Source: a virus
Taxonomy: Duplodnaviria; Heunggongvirae; Uroviricota; Caudoviricetes
Length of the DNA stretch: 64,000 bases
Virus record (IMG/VR): IMGVR_UViG_3300031555_007106
Reading direction: 5' to 3' (one strand)
The notes under the pieces were generated by a model. That model searched no databases, was not told the origin of the DNA, and saw only the letters and a program-made list of their open reading frames with translations. The translations under genes were made by a program, and so were the position numbers. The first letter of the stretch is position 1, and the number at the start of each line of letters is the position of its first letter. Of the stretch, positions 26,634-36,142 are shown piece after piece.

Positions 26634-27051
26634 CGTAGTCGTCTCCTTTCATATCACACATAGCTTCGTTTACAGCGCGTTCTATCTCCTCATAATCATC
26701 CATTCGGTCAGCACCGTAATAGTTGTCGTACACAGAAGAAAGAAAATACATTTTTTCTTCGTCTGACAAAGAGTTATAGAATTCACAGCTTCTCTCCTCT
26801 GGATGTAAAATACGATTCATGATTCTTCGTTCAAGGAGAACTTCTTCGCATACACCTGCAAGGTCACCAAAACCGGCCTTGAATCCATAACCTAAGATTA
26901 CTCTTACAAGTCCTTCGAAAGCCTCTTTTTCTTCCTTATCCATGGCAGATTCCATAGGAGACTTTTTGCTTAATTCCGACAAAGCCATTACAATTTTCTT
27001 GTATTCGGCAATTCGGAAATTCTTATTAATTTCGTTTGCATTCTTATTCAT
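26626..27051 (-). CDS. acidic hypothetical protein (141 aa)
   Basis: ORF track. 8-nt overlap with next gene. Confidence 0.6.
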   Translation of the reverse strand: MNKNANEINKNFRIAEYKKIVMALSELSKKSPMESAMDKEEKEAFEGLVRVILGYGFKAGFGDLAGVCEEVLLERRIMNRILHPEERSCEFYNSLSDEEKMYFLSSVYDNYYGADRMDDYEEIERAVNEAMCDMKGDDYDD

Positions 27052-27066
27052 ATTGTTTTCCTTTCT

Positions 27067-27420
27067 TTACGTTAAAACGTTTATTAGACAGATAGCTTGT
27101 CTCTCAGCCTCTTCTTCCGAATCATACAATCTTATCTGATTATTCATTTCTTCGCAGCCCATCTGCTCAAAAATGCACTCAGCGATAACACCGTTAGCTT
27201 CATCACCATACTGTTCTCTGATTTCCGATACACTATCATAATATCCCGAAATATATCTGTAGATATCATCTTCAGAATATTCTTCAAGAGAAATGGTAGC
27301 TTCAACAACATAATAACCGTCAGGATAATCGCGAACTTCAACTAACTGAAATTCAGTAGAGTTGAGGTCTCGGCGCCACTGAAGGTCATCTGTTCTTATC
27401 CATCCTCTGGGTAATTTCAT
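27067..27420 (-). CDS. acidic hypothetical protein (117 aa); first gene after cassette 3
   Basis: ORF track. Confidence 0.6.
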   Translation of the reverse strand: MKLPRGWIRTDDLQWRRDLNSTEFQLVEVRDYPDGYYVVEATISLEEYSEDDIYRYISGYYDSVSEIREQYGDEANGVIAECIFEQMGCEEMNNQIRLYDSEEEAERQAICLINVLT

Positions 27421-27553
27421 ATTTATCCTTTCCTTTCATAAAAATAAGCAATAATTTTTAAACTCCGTTCATCATAAAAATATTGCTATACATAGTATGG
27501 TAAAAAAGCCATAAAACAAAAAAAGCCCACCGAAGTGAGCTTCTTTATTGCTA
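27421..27553 (-). repeat. terminator-promoter-RBS cassette copy 3 (divergent; terminator stem carries compensatory GCUCAC/GUGGGC change)
   Basis: ...aaactccgttcatcataaaaatattgctatacatagtatggtaaaaaagccataaaacaaaaaaagcccaccgaagtgagc... Confidence 0.8.
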
Positions 27554-27982
27554 TTATTTTTCTATTATTCTTCTTCGTACGCTTTCCGCCTGTTCCATAG
27601 TCAGAAGATTATTGTTCTTTGCCATATCCTCATTATACCCAAGTTCAGTGCAAATTTTAGCTATCGAAGTTGTTGTCACTCCGAATTCTTCCGCTAGAGC
27701 TTTCATTGAAACAGTCGGCTTTGTTCCTTCTGCAACGCTCGTTTCGGTGTTATCAACTGTCTTTTTCTTGCGTGTAGACTTAGGTAACTTTGTTTCTGCC
27801 TGAGGAGCATCGAAAACTTCGTTTTTCGCATTTTCAAGAAGCTCTTCAAGCATCTCCTTTTTATCCTTGAGGCAATCCTTACGTGCATTCATTATTGCAA
27901 TTTCCGTTTCGCAAGCGGCAATCTCCTTTTTGCACGTTTCAAATTCTTTTGTTATTTTTTCAATAAGAGTCATAATACTCAC
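27554..27982 (-). CDS. coiled-coil protein with C-terminal helix-turn-helix-like segment (142 aa); candidate DNA-binding regulator
   Basis: C-terminus SMKALAEEFGVTTTSIAKICTELGY...LTMEQAESVRRR. Stop codon inside cassette-3 TAATAG. Confidence 0.6.
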   Translation of the reverse strand: MSIMTLIEKITKEFETCKKEIAACETEIAIMNARKDCLKDKKEMLEELLENAKNEVFDAPQAETKLPKSTRKKKTVDNTETSVAEGTKPTVSMKALAEEFGVTTTSIAKICTELGYNEDMAKNNNLLTMEQAESVRRRIIEK

Positions 27983-27992
27983 CTTTCTTTAT

Positions 27993-28865
27993 TTATTCAC
28001 CTGCATATTCTCTAATAAAACCATGTTTCTTCTCGTATTCATGAATAGCATCCTGAAGATAATGATTTACCAATATTGAATCAACATCGTCAAATTCAAT
28101 TTCGTCATCAGCAATTGCTTTAATTATCGTGTCGAAAACAATTCTCGATGCATTGTTTTCAAAGAAATCCCAAGCTGCGCTTGTGATTTGATGTTTAGCG
28201 TAACTGCATTCATCGTTAATCGCTTCGTCTATCATATCCTCTAACTTCTCTTTCTGCTCATCTGTAAGATTAACAGTAATCTGTTCCCAAGGAGTTCTCG
28301 ACCAAGTTTCACCTTCAGCACAAACATAAGGAGAATCCCATAAAGCATAATGGTTGACATTTATACGCCAGCCTTTATCAGTCCAAACAAGACCTGTTAC
28401 TGTACATTCCTCATAACTACATGAATTACGAACATAAATTGTATCACCAATATTAACTGAAGGTAATTCAACGATTTTGGGCTCTCTTTCAAATTCATAC
28501 TTGAAAGTATCCAAATCAAAACCGAGAATATCCTTTGCGTGACATCTAGTATAACTTCTATAACCATTGCTATTTGAGGTTCTGAACATCATATTATCGA
28601 TATATTCAACGAGATAATAAGTATCTTCCGACTCTGCTTTAACTACGAGATAGGTAAACGTATCGCCGTCGCAAGTACAATCATATTCATTAAGGTTATA
28701 CGTAAAATCGTACAAGCATCCGACCATAAGTGTTATTGGTGCTTGCAGCTTATGAAACGGTATGTTTGAATCTATATCAAAGAAGAACTCTTTATGAAAT
28801 GATTCGTCAGTCATATAGATATTTAATTTGTTCGTACGTTCAATATTAACATATTGTCTTCTCAT
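27993..28865 (-). CDS. hypothetical protein (290 aa)
   Basis: ORF track. Confidence 0.65.
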   Translation of the reverse strand: MRRQYVNIERTNKLNIYMTDESFHKEFFFDIDSNIPFHKLQAPITLMVGCLYDFTYNLNEYDCTCDGDTFTYLVVKAESEDTYYLVEYIDNMMFRTSNSNGYRSYTRCHAKDILGFDLDTFKYEFEREPKIVELPSVNIGDTIYVRNSCSYEECTVTGLVWTDKGWRINVNHYALWDSPYVCAEGETWSRTPWEQITVNLTDEQKEKLEDMIDEAINDECSYAKHQITSAAWDFFENNASRIVFDTIIKAIADDEIEFDDVDSILVNHYLQDAIHEYEKKHGFIREYAGE

Positions 28866-28919
28866 TTTTCTTTTCCTTTCTGCTTATCCGTTTCTGTCAA
28901 CGAATTTTCTGTTATCGTT

Positions 28920-29588
28920 TCAATAAATCACTTTTTCAACCATATTGTATGTAATATTGGGATTGAATTTGAAGAATATACCTAAAGCTTCGTTCTTCGA
29001 CCATGCGTAAGTCACGAATTCATAATTCTTATTGTTTATTGTAAAACGAATTTTATATTCTCGACATATGTTTAAATGTTTCGGGTCGTAATCGTGCGTT
29101 ATATCGTACCAATAAATGACACCGTCGTCATCTTCGGATTTGTTGTATTTTTCTAACTCAGGATACTTATTTACCATTTTTCGGTAATTATACTCTTCGA
29201 TAATAGGCATACGACCATAATAAGAGTTTCCTATATATTCATTTTTGAGGTCAATTTCATACCTTGCGTAGTGTTCTACTGTTAAATTGTAGATGAATAT
29301 TTTTATCGTTCTCCACTTACGCAATATGTTTATCTGCGTTGTTAAATCGCAATCGATATAATCATCACAAACCCATCCCCTTTTATCGCAATAAATATAG
29401 CCTAGAAGTGCAAGTTTTTCTGTACCATCTTCTGAAAGTTCTATATTCAAACGAGCCTCAACAAATCCTATACGGTACTTAGCAATAGTAAAAACAGGAA
29501 TTTCTACATTGTGTAATTCATGAGACTCCCAAATCTCGCGAATTGCATCGCTTTCTTCATGACAAAAATTGTCTTTCTTTTTTTTCAT
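28920..29588 (-). CDS. hypothetical protein (222 aa); N-terminal ~110-aa domain paralogous to 38907..39794
   Basis: YRIGFVEARLNIELSEDGTEKLALLGY...GWVCDDYIDCDLT vs YRIGFIQGELMIENSEDGSEKITLFGY...GWCPDDYIDYDLT. Confidence 0.65.
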   Translation of the reverse strand: MKKKKDNFCHEESDAIREIWESHELHNVEIPVFTIAKYRIGFVEARLNIELSEDGTEKLALLGYIYCDKRGWVCDDYIDCDLTTQINILRKWRTIKIFIYNLTVEHYARYEIDLKNEYIGNSYYGRMPIIEEYNYRKMVNKYPELEKYNKSEDDDGVIYWYDITHDYDPKHLNICREYKIRFTINNKNYEFVTYAWSKNEALGIFFKFNPNITYNMVEKVIY

Positions 29589-29602
29589 AGATTTTTCCTT
29601 TC

Positions 29603-29932
29603 TTATTTACTGTAAATTAATTCGGCATTTTTCCAAGGGAACTCTGACCAATCCCCTGTATCCTCACAGTTTGTGATAAGTTCGCTGTATTCCTTCTCGC
29701 ATTTATCTCGTAACTTGCAAGCGTCTTCATATGATAAATCCACCGCATCGGGTACAATATACCAGAATTTAGTAGAATATCCATCACGCGCAGCTTTCGG
29801 AGTGTCAAAATCCTTCAAAAAATCAGGATAGCATCCAAATTTATTTCGATAGATGATGATTGCAAATGTCACTTTATAACGACCTTCGATAAGGCCATCA
29901 TCTTCCACAAAAAACGTACGATTTAAATTCAT
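29603..29932 (-). CDS. hypothetical protein (109 aa)
   Basis: ORF track. Confidence 0.6.
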   Translation of the reverse strand: MNLNRTFFVEDDGLIEGRYKVTFAIIIYRNKFGCYPDFLKDFDTPKAARDGYSTKFWYIVPDAVDLSYEDACKLRDKCEKEYSELITNCEDTGDWSEFPWKNAELIYSK

Positions 29933-30195
29933 ATATTTTCCTTTCTGTATACATTTTCTTTTTTCAGTTTATTTATTATTAACTGCACAATTTTATTGAA
30001 GAATATTATGAACATTATCCATACTCCAAAATCCATATCTCCAACAAAATTTATTTTGTATCCTGATATAAAATAAATCAAAATAACAGTAACACATGCA
30101 GCTAATATTATCAATTGCTTAAATCCTCTGTTAAGTAAAGTAAAACTTTCAAATATTAAAGCAAAAACAAGTGCCATCAAAATATCTATAAGCAT
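29929..30195 (-). CDS. small membrane protein (88 aa, 2-3 TM)
   Basis: ORF track. Hydrophobic. Confidence 0.5.
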   Translation of the reverse strand: MLIDILMALVFALIFESFTLLNRGFKQLIILAACVTVILIYFISGYKINFVGDMDFGVWIMFIIFFNKIVQLIINKLKKENVYRKENI

Positions 30196-30851
30196 ATTTT
30201 TCCCTTTCGTTTTATCTGATTTATGTTTTCGGATATTTCAGCATAAATATCTTCAATTGTTCTCGGCTTTCCATTTTCAGCACACTTGATAACAATCCAG
30301 CTTTCGCGTTTCGCTACATAATAAGCAGCTCGATGACACTCGTTCAGAAAACCAATATTAGATTCGTGAATATCTTTCTTTGTTTCATCTCCGTCATAAC
30401 GATTGGAAAGCATCTTTTGTGACACTTCAATAGGCATATCAAGAAAAATAGTCGCATCAGGTTTTGGTAATCCAAGCTTAACATATTCAAAATCATAAAG
30501 CCAATCAAGATATTCGTCCCATTTGTCTTTAGGTAATTTTGTCATCTGATATATAGCATTCGAAGATACATAACGAGCGGACACCAGAAGTTCATTTTTA
30601 TCATAAAGCTCTTTCCAATGAACCCTAAAACTTGTGTAACGGTCAATTGCATACATTGCACTTGCCGAATAAGCACTAACTGTTTCAGAGGTTTCATCGA
30701 ATTTGCCATCAAGATAATCTCTTATTATTTTTCCGCTATTCGTATCATAATACGGAAATGTTATAAAATCGGCATTTTTGTAATTTTGTTTAAGCAATTC
30801 GAGCTGTGTTGACTTTCCGCATCCGTCAAGCCCTTCGATTACGATAAACAT
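30186..30851 (-). CDS. tmk: thymidylate kinase-like P-loop (d)NMP kinase (221 aa)
   Basis: N-terminal MFIVIEGLDGCGKSTQ P-loop and AIDRYTSF (DRY/DRH-type) motif typical of dTMP kinase family. Confidence 0.65.
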   Translation of the reverse strand: MFIVIEGLDGCGKSTQLELLKQNYKNADFITFPYYDTNSGKIIRDYLDGKFDETSETVSAYSASAMYAIDRYTSFRVHWKELYDKNELLVSARYVSSNAIYQMTKLPKDKWDEYLDWLYDFEYVKLGLPKPDATIFLDMPIEVSQKMLSNRYDGDETKKDIHESNIGFLNECHRAAYYVAKRESWIVIKCAENGKPRTIEDIYAEISENINQIKRKGKICL

Positions 30852-30865
30852 TTTCTCTACCCCTT

Positions 30866-31072
30866 CTACTTATCTGTTTCTGCTAATAATTCTTCTGTCA
30901 GCCTTATCCAAAAGATTTGTTCCTTATTAAACACTCTTTTTTCTAATGCAGAGAGAATATTTTCTTGGTTTGCAATTTGAAACGTAGTTCTTTTATCTTT
31001 ATTTCGAATTATATACTCCATCAGCTTTTTATCTGCCCTTTTGTATATCTTTCGATATATGCGTTTATTCAT
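30866..31072 (-). CDS. hypothetical basic protein (68 aa)
   Basis: ORF in array. Confidence 0.45.
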   Translation of the reverse strand: MNKRIYRKIYKRADKKLMEYIIRNKDKRTTFQIANQENILSALEKRVFNKEQIFWIRLTEELLAETDK

Positions 31073-31087
31073 ATATCCCCTTTCATT

Positions 31088-31408
31088 TTACACATTCACG
31101 AAAAATTCTTCATATAACTTACGTTCAAGATACGTTGTTGTTTTAATCGTCCGACTATTACTGAATTTGAATTCAGCGACCCACTTTCTTGTATCTGTTC
31201 CATCACGATAAATTGCAATATACGTCATAAAAGGAATCCAAGCGAGTATAGGCTGCCATTTTACTAATGCGTCTATTGCATAACTTGCATCGTTGACATC
31301 AAAACTGTATGTGTATTTTTCGATTTCCGATTTTATTACGTTATACAGTTTTTCGATATTAGTTATACGGGTTCTTTCCGTTTTTCTGTCTTCAATTATA
31401 ATATCCAT
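31088..31408 (-). CDS. hypothetical protein (106 aa)
   Basis: ORF 31088..31648 would overlap the SPFH gene. Start moved to MDIIIEDRK (Met81) with AGAAAGGGAAA RBS. Confidence 0.55.
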   Translation of the reverse strand: MDIIIEDRKTERTRITNIEKLYNVIKSEIEKYTYSFDVNDASYAIDALVKWQPILAWIPFMTYIAIYRDGTDTRKWVAEFKFSNSRTIKTTTYLERKLYEEFFVNV

Positions 31409-31447
31409 AGAAATTTCCCTTTCTCGTAAACATATTATATTCCTACA

Positions 31448-31472
31448 AATCAGCCCCTCATTTAAAGAGGGG
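31448..31472 (-). terminator. hairpin downstream of SPFH gene (CAGCCCCTC-tttaaatga-GGGGCTG); weak U-tract, possible attenuator/terminator
   Basis: Perfect 8-9-bp GC-rich stem in 80-bp gap between 31488 gene and 31408 start. Confidence 0.4.
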
Positions 31473-31487
31473 CTGTGTGTGAATTGC

Positions 31488-32477
31488 TTATTCTGTAATA
31501 TCAACAATGGGTGTAGCGTCACTCTGGACCTGAGGAAGCTTACCATCCCACTTCTCAACGTATGTTTCAATCTTACGGAGTTCGACAAGCGAAGGCGTAA
31601 GCGATTCGGCAATCTTCTTATTAGCTTCTGCTTCTGCTTCAGCGGCAATTCTTACTACTTCTGCATCTGCCTGAGCCTTAATCTTTGCTGCATCAGCTTC
31701 AGCCTGTGCTTTTGCAATCTCAACTTCGTTAAGATTCTGCTGTGTGGTAAGAAGCTGTTCAGAGCTGAACTTTTCGTCAATAGCTGCCTGAATAGCTGCG
31801 TTTTCGTAAGATATACCTTCCTTCATACCAAGAACTGTAATTGTTACGCCGTATTCGCTGAAATGAGTCTTTACGTTTGTAACAACTTCATTCATTATAT
31901 TGGTCTTATTAGCCTGTAAATCTGCGATATTGTACTTTCCTACAGCCTTATTGAATTCATCCTCAACCATAGCACGAATATCATTGTCGATTACTGTTTC
32001 GAGAGGCGTGTTATTGTAACGGTATAAGAACTTAGTTGCATTAGCTTCGTCAATCTGAGCAGAGCAGTTCATACCTACATAAACGCCGATACCATCAAGA
32101 GATTCGCCAAAGATAGCACTGTTCTGTGAAGTCTCAGCGTCAACTCCTGATACCCACTCTCTTGTAACAGGCTTACGCTCTACAATTATAAGCTTTGCGG
32201 ACGCGCGATATTCGCCCTGATTATCCATCATACCTGTCTGAACCCAACGATGCGGAATCTGAATTTCCTTTGTGGCAACCTTTGCCTGTTCGAGTAATTC
32301 TTCAGACTCAAAAGATGCCTGTTCACTTGTATCTCCGGTTAAAGGGATAAGGAACGCCGTCTGGCTTGCTTCAATTGTTACAAATTCAGGGGTATCGTAA
32401 GGTCTGCAACCTGCAAGGCTTATTGTGCAGACAAGAAGTCCGATTACTGCGATGATTTTTTTAATTGTTTTTCTCAT
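31488..32477 (-). CDS. SPFH/band-7 (prohibitin/flotillin-like) domain lipoprotein (329 aa)
   Basis: Lipobox MRKTIKKIIAVIGLLVCTISLAGC. C-terminal AQAEADAAKIKAQADAEVVRIAAEAEAEANKKIAE coiled-coil typical of SPFH proteins. Hairpin at ~31448-31472 follows. Confidence 0.65.
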   Translation of the reverse strand: MRKTIKKIIAVIGLLVCTISLAGCRPYDTPEFVTIEASQTAFLIPLTGDTSEQASFESEELLEQAKVATKEIQIPHRWVQTGMMDNQGEYRASAKLIIVERKPVTREWVSGVDAETSQNSAIFGESLDGIGVYVGMNCSAQIDEANATKFLYRYNNTPLETVIDNDIRAMVEDEFNKAVGKYNIADLQANKTNIMNEVVTNVKTHFSEYGVTITVLGMKEGISYENAAIQAAIDEKFSSEQLLTTQQNLNEVEIAKAQAEADAAKIKAQADAEVVRIAAEAEAEANKKIAESLTPSLVELRKIETYVEKWDGKLPQVQSDATPIVDITE

Positions 32478-32503
32478 TTTGATTTTTTCCTTTCGTTTCT
32501 TAA

Positions 32504-32809
32504 TTAATCTTCATTTTTTGCTTTGCGAACTATGTACTTTACGAGCTTGATTATTTCAGGGATGAATATAAGCAGCGGTATTGTCAGTTCAACAACCCAC
32601 ATATAATTCATAGCAACCGAATATGCTCGTATCAGTTCGCTTGACTCAGGTCTGTTTGTCATCTGCTCCATAGCCAAATCATTAGCTATTTCAGGAGATA
32701 TGCTCTGCACAAAGATATTGCATCCTATGATGAACGCAACAACGATGAGAGCCTTGATAACAATTGTTCTGATAATTTTCTTTCTGAGTCTTTCTTCTTC
32801 GTACTGCAT
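32504..32809 (-). CDS. small membrane protein (101 aa, 2 TM) immediately upstream of SPFH gene; possible partner
   Basis: ORF track. Hydrophobic helices. Confidence 0.55.
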   Translation of the reverse strand: MQYEEERLRKKIIRTIVIKALIVVAFIIGCNIFVQSISPEIANDLAMEQMTNRPESSELIRAYSVAMNYMWVVELTIPLLIFIPEIIKLVKYIVRKAKNED

Positions 32810-32830
32810 AGTTTTTCCTTTCCTTATTCT

Positions 32831-33187
32831 TTACTCTTTTGATAAACTCTGAAGAGTTTGCCAATACGGCATTACGCACTTTTTGAGGTAGCCGCATTCG
32901 TCAATATCAATGTAAGCCTCATTGCCGGATTTGATATCCCCTTCAGACAAGCCCCACAGCATATCGGTGAAGAACAATTCTAAAAGAGGAGATTCAATAT
33001 CAACCAATGTATACCAGATGTGTACGAGAGGTTTAATTGTATCACTACAACTTTCTTCAGTAGGTTCACCGAACGCTGCCACAGTTTCAGGAAATCTTTC
33101 TTTAAATTCTTCAACTGTTAAAGCATATCGTTTGTAGTATCCCTTATAGTTCTCTTCAACAATTACTGCTTTAATGTTTTCTGCCAT
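32831..33187 (-). CDS. hypothetical protein (118 aa); first gene after cassette 4
   Basis: ORF 32831..33205 begins in the cassette RBS (ATGAAAGGAAAG). Start moved to MAENIKAVIV. Confidence 0.6.
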   Translation of the reverse strand: MAENIKAVIVEENYKGYYKRYALTVEEFKERFPETVAAFGEPTEESCSDTIKPLVHIWYTLVDIESPLLELFFTDMLWGLSEGDIKSGNEAYIDIDECGYLKKCVMPYWQTLQSLSKE

Positions 33188-33322
33188 TTTCTTCTTTCCT
33201 TTCATTAAAATAATAGCAATTCTTTAAAACTCCAAACGTCATAAAACAATCGCTACTAATAGTATGATAAAAAAGCCGTAAAACAAAAAAGCCCGCCAAA
33301 GCGGACTTTTTCGCAATATTGC
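33188..33322 (-). repeat. terminator-promoter-RBS cassette copy 4 (terminator stem GUCCGC-UUUG-GCGGGC, compensatory)
   Basis: aaaataatagcaattctttaaaactccaaacgtcataaaacaatcgctactaatagtatgataaaaaagccgtaaaacaaaaaagcccgccaaagcggac... Confidence 0.8.
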
Positions 33323-34042
33323 TTAAAAATTATTCATAGCTTGTTCTTTTTCATAGAGTGCCTGATATTTATTGACATACGCTTCAAGCTTTTTTATAAA
33401 TTTCTCAGCGTCTTTTTTTATGTTGTCATTATCCTCCTCAAATAATTTTTCGAGGTTTTCCATTTCATTATCTCGGAATGCCTCGATTAAATCTCTCTTC
33501 ATTAATGCATATTTGTTCTCAGAAAAATGCCCTAAAGAGTAATGTGCAGAAGGTGTGTGTAAAACCTTGTAATTTACAACTCTCAATCCGGTTGTAGGAC
33601 TATTAGCTTGCACTTTTGGCACTTCACAACTTTCTGTTGTAAAGACAATAATCAGTTCATCCTCTTCTTTCTTATCTTTACCGATAATATAAATACTGTT
33701 ATCTTTATCCAAATTTCTTTTTTCTGCTTGCCTTGAATTATAAAAGCCGCATTTAAGCGGTATACCCATAGACATAAATACATCATTAAGTACATCTGAC
33801 ACACAATGAGAAACACTACTGTTTTTGTAAGAGGACACTATTCGAAGTCTCTGGTTGATAATAGAGTCAAAACCTATACCAACAAGAAACTCCCTAATCG
33901 TCATTCGGTAGAAATCTTCAATTTCCTTTACATCTTTTCTCGGATACAGTTTTCGCAATCGAAAATCCTTTTTAGACTTTTCTATAGTTTTAAAAAAACC
34001 ATCTTCCGCAACAAGCACTTTCTTAGTTTCATACATGCCCAT
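33323..34042 (-). CDS. hypothetical protein (239 aa)
   Basis: ORF track. Stop precedes cassette 4. Confidence 0.65.
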   Translation of the reverse strand: MGMYETKKVLVAEDGFFKTIEKSKKDFRLRKLYPRKDVKEIEDFYRMTIREFLVGIGFDSIINQRLRIVSSYKNSSVSHCVSDVLNDVFMSMGIPLKCGFYNSRQAEKRNLDKDNSIYIIGKDKKEEDELIIVFTTESCEVPKVQANSPTTGLRVVNYKVLHTPSAHYSLGHFSENKYALMKRDLIEAFRDNEMENLEKLFEEDNDNIKKDAEKFIKKLEAYVNKYQALYEKEQAMNNF

Positions 34043-34057
34043 TTTTTCTTTCCTTTC

Positions 34058-34486
34058 TCAGTACCACAAACTATATATGCACGTTCCAAGAACTTCAAAG
34101 CAATCTTTTGTCCTGAGTATCACTTCGTCTATCTTATCCTGATTTGCAACTTTATCATTGTTCTTAAGAATAAACTCCAAGTCTTCAATCATTCGGTCAA
34201 TGCACTGTTTTTGAGTTAGTGTTTCTCCGTTGATTTCAAACTTGTGATATTCAAGGTTAATACACTTCTTTGAATCCTTTTCATAGATTTTAAGCCATGT
34301 GTAGAGATTTTCAAGAATAAAGCTGTCAAGATTCCACGCAACACGTGTATCCCAGCCTCCTTGTTTCTTACGGTCACTGTGCCATTTGCTGCCACGTTTA
34401 CCTTTCTCTTTGGCAAAAACCATAGTTGAAGTACTGTTTTTTACGTCATATTCGATTTTTTCAAGGAACTTATTCTTATAAGACAT
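34058..34486 (-). CDS. hypothetical protein (142 aa)
   Basis: ORF track. Confidence 0.6.
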   Translation of the reverse strand: MSYKNKFLEKIEYDVKNSTSTMVFAKEKGKRGSKWHSDRKKQGGWDTRVAWNLDSFILENLYTWLKIYEKDSKKCINLEYHKFEINGETLTQKQCIDRMIEDLEFILKNNDKVANQDKIDEVILRTKDCFEVLGTCIYSLWY

Positions 34487-34501
34487 TATAAACCCCTTTC
34501 T

Positions 34502-34945
34502 TTATTTCCTGCTGATTTCTTTTATTTTATCCTTCTGCTTTTCATTCGGAGTTGTTTTGCAATAGAAATCAATCCTTCCAAAATTATTACGAAAAACCTT
34601 TACATAACCCCGCATTTCAAGTTCTTCTTCAGAAGAATTAAAATAAAATTCAGCAAGTAAATCGTGAGAATTGATACTACAACCATAAAAATGACCGCAA
34701 TCGTCAATATAACCATATGGACTGCCCGGTTTAAGATAATCACCATGTTTAATCTTATCATCAGTCACGATAAGATATTTCCCTACTTTAGCATCAATGT
34801 GTTTTAACTTTTCTTCGTAATAAGCAGACGCTTCGTTTTCTGTATCGAAGGTTTTTACAATTTCGATTTCACCGGCAGAAATTGAACCTTCCCAACTCCA
34901 TCCAAAAGCCCAAGCGTGTTGCGTTCTCTGTATTATTCTTATCAT
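34502..34945 (-). CDS. hypothetical protein (147 aa)
   Basis: ORF track. Confidence 0.6.
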   Translation of the reverse strand: MIRIIQRTQHAWAFGWSWEGSISAGEIEIVKTFDTENEASAYYEEKLKHIDAKVGKYLIVTDDKIKHGDYLKPGSPYGYIDDCGHFYGCSINSHDLLAEFYFNSSEEELEMRGYVKVFRNNFGRIDFYCKTTPNEKQKDKIKEISRK

Positions 34946-34989
34946 TCATCTTTTCCTTTCTTTACCTTTTGTAAATTCGATTATTATCG

Positions 34990-35478
34990 TTAAACTTTTC
35001 TATAATCCGCAACTAAATTTTCACATTCAATTATCGTTGTAATGCAAGGGAGTGTGTCATTACAAAACCGAAACAAACCGTCATTTGATAAAGGGACGTA
35101 ATTTTCTTCGCAATCGAAGGAAACAAAGCCATTGCTCGTTTCCCAATACTGTTTGTAAGAAAAGGTTGTGCCATCATTATTTACCCAAGCGACATTAACG
35201 TAGTCGAGAAAGAGCGGGTCGCCATTGTCTAAAGAAAGCTCCTTTTTCATTCTTTCGCTTATATCAACAGTGTCAAGAAAGTGCTTTAAGGATTTAAGAT
35301 AACCGAAATTGTCTTCAATATCCTCCTTGTCTTCGACAGAAAGATTTTCTTTATCGTAGCTGCCACCGTTTATATTGCAAACCGAAATTAGCGACTTATC
35401 AAAATCATATCTCCAACGCAGAACATAAGGATTTTCCTTTGTGTAATTGTTTTTAAATTGTAACATTTTATTCAACAC
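34990..35478 (-). CDS. hypothetical protein (162 aa)
   Basis: ORF track. Confidence 0.6.
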   Translation of the reverse strand: MLNKMLQFKNNYTKENPYVLRWRYDFDKSLISVCNINGGSYDKENLSVEDKEDIEDNFGYLKSLKHFLDTVDISERMKKELSLDNGDPLFLDYVNVAWVNNDGTTFSYKQYWETSNGFVSFDCEENYVPLSNDGLFRFCNDTLPCITTIIECENLVADYRKV

Positions 35479-35491
35479 TTCCTTCTAACGT

Positions 35492-36142
35492 TCAAGCTTT
35501 ATAAGATTTTGTATTATTCTCAATTTCTTTTCCTTTAGAGATAAGTTCATCAATAACCTCAATCTTAGCTTTTCTTTCCGCCGATTCACGATTATTTGTA
35601 ACTACAAAAACGAAGAAGATAAGGAATATCACAACTGTAATGGATATAAGAATTATATTTCTTCCATCTGCAACTGCATTTACTTCAGTATCAATATCAG
35701 TTTCTGCTTTATTTATTGTATCTGAAATAGCCTGTTCCATTTCATTCTCATTGTAGTATTTAGTGCTACGCGTTGTGAAATAGCAATTTTCCGATACATG
35801 CTGAGGATACTGCACAACAATTTCATAAACCATAAATGTATCACCTACATTAAACGGTTTATCTGTATAATATGAACCAATATCTCCATCCTCTGCAGTT
35901 GGTTCAATATAGTATTTTCTACTTGTTGTGAAATCTTCTCCTATCTTAACAAATTCAGATTCTTCAACAATATCACTACATATCATTTCTGCAGATGATA
36001 ACTTTATTGACATCTCTGATTTCATGCGACTCCTGTCATTTTCGGCCATTGTAGGTATAACAAACCAGCAGCCTAAAAAGACACCGCAGAGTACGATGAA
36101 CGTAACGACCCAAACTACAATTAAATTCTTCTTTGATAACAT
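35492..36142 (-). CDS. membrane-anchored protein (216 aa; N-terminal TM, C-terminal TM)
   Basis: ORF 35492..36196 starts in cassette 5. Start moved to MLSKKNLIVVWVVTFIVLCGVFLG after AAAAGGAGAA RBS. Confidence 0.6.
   Translation of the reverse strand: MLSKKNLIVVWVVTFIVLCGVFLGCWFVIPTMAENDRSRMKSEMSIKLSSAEMICSDIVEESEFVKIGEDFTTSRKYYIEPTAEDGDIGSYYTDKPFNVGDTFMVYEIVVQYPQHVSENCYFTTRSTKYYNENEMEQAISDTINKAETDIDTEVNAVADGRNIILISITVVIFLIFFVFVVTNNRESAERKAKIEVIDELISKGKEIENNTKSYKA

Noticed and set aside
33188-33205. Starts placed at the ATG of ...TTATGAAAGGAAA... (e.g. 32831..33205 MKGKKK, 47386..47703 MKKGKIM)
   Set aside because: That ATG is inside the cassette or ribosome-binding sequence itself. Real starts are the next ATG 6-10 nt after AAAGGAA.
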